Shown here: positions 18,322 to 24,751 of the stretch, one piece after another | Layout of the letters: each line of letters begins with the position of its first letter | Position numbering within the stretch: position 1 is the first letter of the stretch | Source: Occultella glacieicola | GTDB lineage: Bacteria; Actinomycetota; Actinomycetes; Actinomycetales; Beutenbergiaceae | NCBI RefSeq assembly: GCF_004353825.1 | Contig: NZ_SMNA01000002.1 | Location: 558,001-582,751 of the forward strand | Reading direction: 5' to 3' | Length of the DNA: 24,751 nucleotides | The notes under the pieces: model-generated | What the model saw: the letters and a program-made list of their open reading frames with translations, nothing else | Databases searched by the model: none | Told to the model about the DNA's origin: nothing | Translations under genes and position numbers: made by a program

Positions 18322-20181
18322 CTACTCCACCGTGACGGACTTGGCGAGGTTGCGCGGCTGGTCCACATCCAGGCCCTTCGCGGTGGCGAGCGCCGCCGCG
18401 AAGATCTGCAGTGGCACCACCGAGACGAGCGGCGCGAGCAAGGTCGGGGTCTGCGGGATCCGGAAGACCTCGTCGGCGAACGGGACGACGGCCTCGTCCC
18501 CCTCCTCGGCGATCACCAGGGTGTGCGCGCCGCGGGCCCGGATCTCCTGGATGTTGGAGATGACCTTGGCGTGCAGGGCGTCCCGCCCGCGCGGGGACGG
18601 CACGATCACGAACACCGGCTGCCCCTGCTCGATCAGCGCGATCGGGCCGTGCTTGAGTTCCCCTGCGGCGAAACCCTCGGCGTGGATGTACGCGAGCTCC
18701 TTGAGCTTGAGGGCACCCTCGAGGGCGACCGGGAAGCCGACGTGCCGGCCGAGGAAGAGCACGGTCGGCTCGTCCTTCATGGCCCGGGCGACGGCGCGGA
18801 CCTGCTCCTCGTTGTCCACGACCCGCTGGATCTTCTCCGGCATCGCGCGCAGCTGGGCGAGGTCCTCGGTGATCTCGTCCGCGAACTTGTTGCCGCGCAG
18901 TTGCGCGAGGTAGAGACCGAGTAGGTAGCAGGCGGTGATCTGAGCGAGGAACGCCTTGGTGGAGGCGACCGCGATCTCCGGACCGGCGTGCGTGTACAGC
19001 ACCGCGTCCGACTCCCGCGCGATCGTGGACCCGTGGGTGTTCACGATCGCGAGCACCTTGGCGCCCTGCTCACGGGCATGCCGCACGGCCATGATCGTGT
19101 CCATCGTCTCCCCGGACTGGGAGACGGCGACCACGAGGGTCTTCTCGCTGACGACCGGGTCCCGGTACCGGAACTCGTGCGCGAGTTCCACCTCGACGGG
19201 GACCCGGCACCAGTGCTCGATGGCGTACTTAGCCACGTGCCCCGCGTAGGCGGCGGTGCCGCACGCGATCACGACGATCTTGTCGACGGTGCGCAGGACG
19301 GACTCCTTGATGCGCATCTCGTCGAGCTGGAGCCTGCCGTCGGTGCCGGCGCGGCCGAGGAGCGTATCGGCGACGGCCTGGGGCTGGTCGTGGATCTCCT
19401 TGTCCATGAACGTCGCGAAACCGCCCTTGACGGCCGCCTCCGCGTCCCAGTCCACCGTGTACCTGCGCGGCTCGACACTGGTGCCGTCGGCATCGATCAC
19501 CCGGATCTGATCCGCGGTGATCGTGACGATCTGGTCCTGGCCCATCTCCATCGCCTCGCGGGTGGAGGAGATGAACGCCGAGACATCGCTGCCCAGGAAG
19601 TTCTCACCCTCGCCGACGCCGATCACGAGCGGCGAGTTGCGACGGGCCCCCACCACGGTGTCGGGCTCGTCGACGTGCGTGGCCAACAGGGTGAACGCAC
19701 CCTCGAGGCGGCCGACGGTCAGCCGCATCGCCTCGGTCAGGTTCTGGGCATCGTCGTAGGCGCGCGCCAGGAGGTGCGCGACCACCTCGGTGTCCGTCTC
19801 GGACAGGAACTGGACGCCGGTCTCGACGAGCTCCTCCTTGAGCTGGGCGAAGTTCTCGATGATCCCGTTGTGGATGAGCGCCAGCCGGCCGCCGGCGGCC
19901 AGGTGCGGGTGGGCGTTCACGTCGGTCGGCCCACCGTGGGTGGCCCAGCGCGTGTGCCCGATGGCGGCGGTCCCGGCAGGCAGCTGGCGTCGCTCGAGCT
20001 CGTCGAGCAGGTTCACGAGCTTTCCGGCCTTCTTCGCCGAGACCATGCCCTCAGGGGTGGTCACCGCGACGCCCGCCGAGTCGTACCCCCGGTACTCCAG
20101 GCGGCGCAGCCCCTCGACGACCACTTCGAGCGGCCGCTGACCGGGCGCGGCAGGGCCCACATATCCGACGATTCCACACAT
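18322..20181 (-). CDS. glmS: Glutamine-fructose-6-phosphate transaminase (isomerizing)
   Basis: N-terminal MCGIVG (catalytic Cys), [31 protein letters not shown]-terminal [11 protein letters not shown]; true start ATG 20181. Confidence 0.98.
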   Translation of the reverse strand: MCGIVGYVGPAAPGQRPLEVVVEGLRRLEYRGYDSAGVAVTTPEGMVSAKKAGKLVNLLDELERRQLPAGTAAIGHTRWATHGGPTDVNAHPHLAAGGRLALIHNGIIENFAQLKEELVETGVQFLSETDTEVVAHLLARAYDDAQNLTEAMRLTVGRLEGAFTLLATHVDEPDTVVGARRNSPLVIGVGEGENFLGSDVSAFISSTREAMEMGQDQIVTITADQIRVIDADGTSVEPRRYTVDWDAEAAVKGGFATFMDKEIHDQPQAVADTLLGRAGTDGRLQLDEMRIKESVLRTVDKIVVIACGTAAYAGHVAKYAIEHWCRVPVEVELAHEFRYRDPVVSEKTLVVAVSQSGETMDTIMAVRHAREQGAKVLAIVNTHGSTIARESDAVLYTHAGPEIAVASTKAFLAQITACYLLGLYLAQLRGNKFADEITEDLAQLRAMPEKIQRVVDNEEQVRAVARAMKDEPTVLFLGRHVGFPVALEGALKLKELAYIHAEGFAAGELKHGPIALIEQGQPVFVIVPSPRGRDALHAKVISNIQEIRARGAHTLVIAEEGDEAVVPFADEVFRIPQTPTLLAPLVSVVPLQIFAAALATAKGLDVDQPRNLAKSVTVE

Positions 20182-20259
20182 GGGGCCCAGCGTATCCGTC
20201 GCCGCGGGTGATTCCGTGTTCGCGCGCGTGCGGCGTGGATCACGTCGGAGTGGGAGAGT

Positions 20260-21243
20260 ATGGGCGTGGTCCTTCCCGACGTCACCCGGTTCCAGCCGTT
20301 GCCCAGCGACTCCGGTTCTCCGTTCGTGGAGTTCGACCGGGCCGCCTGGAGCCGGCTGTCGGCATCGACGCCGCTGCCTCTGACGGCAGCGGACATCGAG
20401 AACCTGCGCGGCCTCGGCGACCCGATCGACCTCGCCGAGGTGGACACCGGCTACCGCCCGCTCTCGAGACTCCTCACGCTGTACGTGGCGGCCTCGCAAC
20501 GGTTGCGCGCGACCACCTCCACGTTCTTAGGCGAGCCGGCGCACCGCACCCCGTTCGTGATCGGGGTGGCCGGGTCCGTGGCCGTCGGGAAGTCCACCGC
20601 GGCCCGGGTGCTGCGGGAGATGCTGCGCCGGTGGCCGGAGACACCGCGGGTGGAGCTCGTCACCACGGACGGGTTCCTGTACCCCAATGCCGAGTTGGAG
20701 CGTCGGGGCCTGCTGGAGCGCAAGGGTTTCCCGGAGTCCTACGACCGTCGGGCGCTGCTGGACTTCCTGATCGAGGTCAAGGCCGGGACCGAACAGGTCA
20801 CCGCGCCCGTCTACGACCACGTGCGCTACGACATCGTGCCGGACCGCCGCGTGGTGGTCCGCAGTCCGGAGGTGCTGATCGTCGAGGGTCTGAACGTGCT
20901 CGCCCCGGCCCGGGTCAGCGCGAGCGGTGAGCCGTCGCTGGCGGTCAGCGACTTCTTCGACTTCTCGATCTACATCGACGCCGCCACCGAGCACATCCGT
21001 CGGTGGTACGTGGAGCGCTTCCTGGACCTGCGGCAGACGTCATTCTCGAATCCGGACTCCTACTTCCACCGGTACGCCGACCTCGACGACGTGCACGCAC
21101 GCCGCCGTGCCGGGCAGATCTGGGAGAGCATCAACGGTCCGAACCTCGTCGAGAACGTCCTGCCCACCCGCGGCCGGGCCACCCTGGTGCTGAGCAAGGA
21201 CGCCGATCACCGGCTCAGCCGGTTCCGGCTCCGGAAGATCTGA
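20260..21243 (+). CDS. coaA: Type I pantothenate kinase
   Basis: GSVAVGKST Walker [40 protein letters not shown]; start ATG 20260 or GTG 20266. Confidence 0.96.
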   Translation: MGVVLPDVTRFQPLPSDSGSPFVEFDRAAWSRLSASTPLPLTAADIENLRGLGDPIDLAEVDTGYRPLSRLLTLYVAASQRLRATTSTFLGEPAHRTPFVIGVAGSVAVGKSTAARVLREMLRRWPETPRVELVTTDGFLYPNAELERRGLLERKGFPESYDRRALLDFLIEVKAGTEQVTAPVYDHVRYDIVPDRRVVVRSPEVLIVEGLNVLAPARVSASGEPSLAVSDFFDFSIYIDAATEHIRRWYVERFLDLRQTSFSNPDSYFHRYADLDDVHARRRAGQIWESINGPNLVENVLPTRGRATLVLSKDADHRLSRFRLRKI

Positions 21244-21246
21244 CCC

Positions 21247-22800
21247 ATGGTCGTCCCCCTCGACGCCGGCGTGGACCCGGTGGTGGCCACGCGGTCCGGC
21301 CGGGTGCGGGGCGTCCGGCGGCCCGGTTCGTTCGCGTTCCGCGGAATCCCCTACGCGGCGGCCCCGGTCGGCCCGTTGCGGTTCGGCCGGCCGGCCCCGC
21401 ACCCGGGCTGGTCCGGTGTCCGTGATGCCACCCGCAACGGCCCGACCCCGAGTCTGGGGCCCACCACGGACACCTACTCGATCCCGGAGCCGGTGGTGCC
21501 GGGCGAGCAGATCCTGAACCTGAACGTCTTCACCCCGACGCTCGACGGCGGCGCCCGGCTACCGGTCTACGTCTGGATCCATGGTGGTGGGTTCGTCGGC
21601 GGCTCTCCGGGTGGGCCCTGGTTCGACGGCGCCGCCTTCAACGCCGACGGTGTGGTCACCGTGGCGATCACGTACCGGCTGGGGTTCGAGGGGTACGGGC
21701 ACGTCCCGGGAGCTCAGGAGAACCGGGCCCTGCGGGACTGCATCAGCGCCCTGGAGTGGGTCCAGGAGAACATCGCGGCGTTCGGCGGCGACCCCGGCCG
21801 GGTCACCCTCGGTGGCCAGAGCGCCGGCGGCGGCGCCGCTCTCGCCCTTCTGGCCGCGCCCGCAGCCCAGGACCTGTTCGGGGCCGCGATCGTGCACTCG
21901 GCACCGCTGCCGGACATCCGGATCGCCGACGCGGTCGGTCAGAGCGCCGTGATGGCCCGACTCTGCGGGGTGGAGAACACCTGGGACTCCTGGCGCGAGG
22001 TGCCACGGGAGCAGATCGTCGCCGCCGAGCGCAGCCTCGACCGCGCGGATCTGTGGTCGGCGGTCCGGGACCTGCACCGGATCCTGGGTACGTCGGCACC
22101 GCTGACCGCGTTCGGTCCGGTGATCGACGACGACCTGGTCCCGGTGGAACCACTGGCCGCGTTCTCCGCCGGGACCGGCGCTGCCAAGCCGGTGCTGATC
22201 GGCGCCACCAGCCACGAGTTCAACGGGGTGACCGCGCATGTGGATCGCTTCCTGGCCCAGGGGTTCGCCGGTGCCATCCTGGTGGGTCTCGGGGTGCCTG
22301 CGGTGCTGGCCCGCGCCTACCCGCGCGCCTATCCCGACTTCTCCCCAGCCGAACTGCTCGGTCAGGCCGTCACGAACCGGGTATTCCGTATTCCGACCGT
22401 TCGGGTCGCGCTCGCCCGGACCGCGACGTCCGGGGCGACGCCACCGGTCCCCGGGGCCGCGGCCCGCCCGGGAGCCGGCCCGATGGCCCCGACCTGGCTC
22501 TGGGACTTCCGCTGGCGTTCGGCCGCGACCGGACGCTCGCCGCACTGCCTCGATCTGCCCTTCGCATGGCACGTCCTCGACGCCGAGCGGGTGACCCGCA
22601 TTGCGGGGACAGACCCACCACTCCCGCTCGCCGACCACATGCATGGCGAGATCGTCCGGTTCATCACCGAGGGCACGGTCGGCTGGGAGCCGTTCCGACC
22701 CGAGGCGCCGGTCGCCCACGTCTTCGACGAGGAGTCGGTGACCGGCCGGGACCCATTTCGCTTCGAACGGTTGGCGCTTCAGGCCGTCGATGACGACTGA
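21247..22800 (+). CDS. Type B carboxylesterase/lipase (PnbA-like)
   Basis: FRGIPYA, LNLNV, VWIHGGG, YRLG, FGGDP, GQSAG nucleophile, candidate E (TSHEF) and H (SPHCLDL). Confidence 0.92.
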   Translation: MVVPLDAGVDPVVATRSGRVRGVRRPGSFAFRGIPYAAAPVGPLRFGRPAPHPGWSGVRDATRNGPTPSLGPTTDTYSIPEPVVPGEQILNLNVFTPTLDGGARLPVYVWIHGGGFVGGSPGGPWFDGAAFNADGVVTVAITYRLGFEGYGHVPGAQENRALRDCISALEWVQENIAAFGGDPGRVTLGGQSAGGGAALALLAAPAAQDLFGAAIVHSAPLPDIRIADAVGQSAVMARLCGVENTWDSWREVPREQIVAAERSLDRADLWSAVRDLHRILGTSAPLTAFGPVIDDDLVPVEPLAAFSAGTGAAKPVLIGATSHEFNGVTAHVDRFLAQGFAGAILVGLGVPAVLARAYPRAYPDFSPAELLGQAVTNRVFRIPTVRVALARTATSGATPPVPGAAARPGAGPMAPTWLWDFRWRSAATGRSPHCLDLPFAWHVLDAERVTRIAGTDPPLPLADHMHGEIVRFITEGTVGWEPFRPEAPVAHVFDEESVTGRDPFRFERLALQAVDDD

Positions 22801-22813
22801 TGGCGCCGGCCGG

Positions 22814-23503
22814 TCACGGCGTGCGCTCGAGCACTCCCGGACCCGGCGCTGGCTCCGGGTCGTCGTCACCGTCCGCGCCGGCGCTTGCACTCGGTCCGGG
22901 CCCGTGCGGGTCCAGGCCGGCGCGGCGGAAGAACCGCCGCATCACGAGGTCGATGATCGTGCCCATGACGACCCCGACCAGGACCCCGACCAGCACCGCG
23001 ATGATCGGGTGGTCGTGCAGCACGGCGCCCGCACCCACTCCGAGCAGCACGGAGTAGAGGGACCAGGTCACCGCGGCCAGTGCCGCGAAGCCGACGAACC
23101 GGCGGAACCCGAACCCGACCGCTCCGGCAGTCATGTTGACCGCGACCCTCCCGATCGGGATGTATCGCGCCGAGAGGATGAAGGCCCCGCCCCGTCGTTG
23201 GAGCGCGCTCTCCGCCCAGGCCAGGGCCCGCGCTCCACGCTTGGTCCGGAACAGCCGCAGCCGCCGGATGGGTACCCGGGTGCCGATGAGGTAGGCGATC
23301 ACGTCACCGCAGAACGCCCCGAGGGCGGCCACCGGCAGGATCAGCCACAGACTCGGGGCGAGCCCGGCGACGGAGAGGCTCGCCAGGGCGATGACGACCG
23401 ACTCGCTGGGTACCGGGGGGAAGAAGCCGTCGATGGTGCAGAACAGGAACAGGGCGAGCAGGACCCAGTGCGACGCCGCCATCGCCAGGATCGTCTCGAC
23501 CAT
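22814..23503 (-). CDS. DedA/SNARE-associated (VTT) family membrane protein
   Basis: DGFFPPVPSE, GAFCGDVIAYLIG, ARYIPIGR, TAGA; SD GGAGG before ATG 23503. Confidence 0.92.
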   Translation of the reverse strand: MVETILAMAASHWVLLALFLFCTIDGFFPPVPSESVVIALASLSVAGLAPSLWLILPVAALGAFCGDVIAYLIGTRVPIRRLRLFRTKRGARALAWAESALQRRGGAFILSARYIPIGRVAVNMTAGAVGFGFRRFVGFAALAAVTWSLYSVLLGVGAGAVLHDHPIIAVLVGVLVGVVMGTIIDLVMRRFFRRAGLDPHGPGPSASAGADGDDDPEPAPGPGVLERTP

Positions 23504-23804
23504 CAGTTCCTCCGTCTTCCACCAGCAGTCAGGGGCACCCGTTCGTGACGTGCCCTCGCCACCAACGCTAAGCGAGCAGGGCCCCGAACCGGAATGGGTG
23601 ACCACCCTGATCCTGCCCGGAACCTGCGACAACCGACTCCCCCGGTCGTGTGATTCCTGGGTCACAGGCTCATCCCACGGAAGGATGGACGCCCGGGACC
23701 GGGTCAGCTGATCCGACGGGTCTCGCAGAACGTCAAGGATAAGCCGTCGGGCAGACCACTCCGCAATGCGAATACGCGCAACCGGCGGCCGGCCGGCCGC
23801 CGAC

Positions 23805-24284
23805 TCACCCCGATGGTCGCTCAAGCCGCCAGGCCATCCTGAGGTCCGGTGCCCGTTCCTCGTTCCCGGCACCATCGGTCCGCTGGACCTCCACCAGACC
23901 GTGCGCCGCGTAGAAGCGTAGCGCGGCCGTGTTCGTGACGAACGCCCATAGATCGAAACCCTCCGGGCACACCTGCTTGACCTTCGCGAGCAGGGCGCTG
24001 CCGACGCCGGAGCCCTGAACACGCGGATCCACGTAGAGCCCTTCGAGATGGTCAGCCGAGACCCACGCAAATCCCTGCAGTCGGCCGTCCCGGCCGAAAC
24101 AACCGAGCACGAGGTCCTCGGACAGATCCCAGGACCGGACCCACGCCCGAACCTCACGATCCGAGTGGACGCTCGGCGGAAACGCCGCACCGGCCGCATG
24201 GCGTGCGTCCAGGTAGACCTCGGCGGCCGCCGGCAGCTCCGCACGGCGCATCGCCCGAATCGTCACTCCGGTCCCCAAGCTCAT
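23805..24284 (-). CDS. GNAT-family N-acetyltransferase
   Basis: LYVDP..QGSGVGSALL (motif A), LW.F..N..A.RFY..HG, NEERAPD; ATG 24284 after GGAGG / GAGGCT-N6. Confidence 0.88.
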   Translation of the reverse strand: MSLGTGVTIRAMRRAELPAAAEVYLDARHAAGAAFPPSVHSDREVRAWVRSWDLSEDLVLGCFGRDGRLQGFAWVSADHLEGLYVDPRVQGSGVGSALLAKVKQVCPEGFDLWAFVTNTAALRFYAAHGLVEVQRTDGAGNEERAPDLRMAWRLERPSG

Positions 24285-24388
24285 GAGGCAAGCCTCCACC
24301 ACCCGCGCCCCGCAAGGCACGGTGATTCCACGGTCACCGGGCCACCGGGTCACCGCGACGCCGGCGGTAACGAACGCGCCGAGAATGC

Positions 24389-24423
24389 GACAAGGGCCAC
24401 CCCGGTGTGGGGTGGCCCTTGTC
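24389..24423 (-). terminator. rRNA operon terminator hairpin
   Basis: GACAAGGGCCACCCC-N5-GGGGTGGCCCTTGTC, 15-bp perfect stem about 10 nt after the 5S 3' end. Confidence 0.85.
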
Positions 24424-24432
24424 TGAAGTGTT

Positions 24433-24551
24433 GTCCGGCGGCGTCCTACTCTCCCACGTAGTCTCCCACGCAGTACCATCGGCGCAGAGGGGCTTAGCTT
24501 CCGGGTTCGGAATGGGTCCGGGCGTTTCCCCCTCGCTATGACCGCCGTAAC
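24433..24551 (-). rRNA. rrf: 5S ribosomal RNA
   Basis: Minus strand GTTACGGCGGTCATAGCG...CCCATTCCGAACCCGGAAGCTAAG...GCCGATGGTACTGC...GGGAGAGTAGGACGCCGCCGGAC; ends +/-2 nt. Confidence 0.97.
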
Positions 24552-24637
24552 TCTATGGAGATGTTTCGGGTTTGGTGCCCGTATCTCGGGAACCGCACAG
24601 TGGACGCGTAGCACACAGTTTTGACTTTTTGTTGTGT

Positions 24638-24751
24638 GGTCAAGTTATCGGCATATTAGTACCGGTCAGCTTCATGAGTCTTGGTGTCCTCACTTCCACA
24701 TCCGGCCTATCAACCCAGTAGTCTAGCTGGGAGCCTCTCGGGGTCGAGCCC
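24638..24751 (-). rRNA. rrl: 23S ribosomal RNA, 3' end (partial)
   Basis: Minus strand ...GGGTTGATAGGCCGGATGTGGAAG...GCTGACCGGTACTAATATGCCGATAACTTGACC, the conserved 23S 3' terminus; end +/-3 nt. Confidence 0.95.

Noticed and set aside
20182..20259. Possible glmS ribozyme
   Set aside because: Only 78 bp to divergent coaA, and glmS appears leaderless; no room and no recognisable ribozyme core.
23685..23711. Tiny ORF MDARDRVS in the dedA-GNAT gap
   Set aside because: Eight codons with no convincing SD spacing or downstream same-strand gene; indistinguishable from chance.
22814..24244. 476-aa ORF extending DedA upstream
   Set aside because: The extension is off-frame over the GNAT and intergenic DNA; a strong SD precedes ATG 23503.
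24285..24614. N-terminal extension of the GNAT ORF
   Set aside because: Runs through the rRNA terminator, 5S rRNA and the 23S-5S spacer.
24552..24637. AT-richer stretch between 23S and 5S as possible tRNA or insertion
   Set aside because: No cloverleaf or T-loop motif; size and composition fit an ordinary 23S-5S spacer.

Overview
Very high-GC, gene-dense, mostly housekeeping chromosomal segment of an actinobacterium (gene order and sequence style suggest Micrococcales; inference). Left to right: 5'-truncated DEDDh exonuclease (+); guaB (-); CarH-like MerR regulator (-) divergent from whiB3/whiD (+); a groES (-) with a perfect CIRCE and no groEL behind it; PrsW-family protease (-); THUMP-like SAM methyltransferase (+); YbdK/GCS2 carboxylate-amine ligase (+); a small PadR/membrane-protein module; then a long minus-strand run transcribed as glmS-acpS-nnr-[alr::tsaE fusion]-tsaB-rimI-sulfurtransferase-tsaD-GH3 (NagZ-like lipoprotein). 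After that come coaA plus a carboxylesterase (+), dedA (-), a GNAT (-), and the 3' end of an rRNA operon (23S end, 5S, terminator; -). No mobile element, CRISPR array or tRNA was seen. Most interesting signals: (1) the structured groES leader, which displays a loop CCCGCGACGG and has an arm able to swap onto the RBS, a candidate for in-trans pairing with the unlinked groEL mRNA; (2) 11-bp-periodic direct repeats over the whiB3 promoter next to a CarH-like regulator apparently lacking its B12-ligating histidines; (3) an in-frame Alr-TsaE fusion; (4) pervasive leaderless architecture. No computation or database search was run; family calls rest on recognised motifs.
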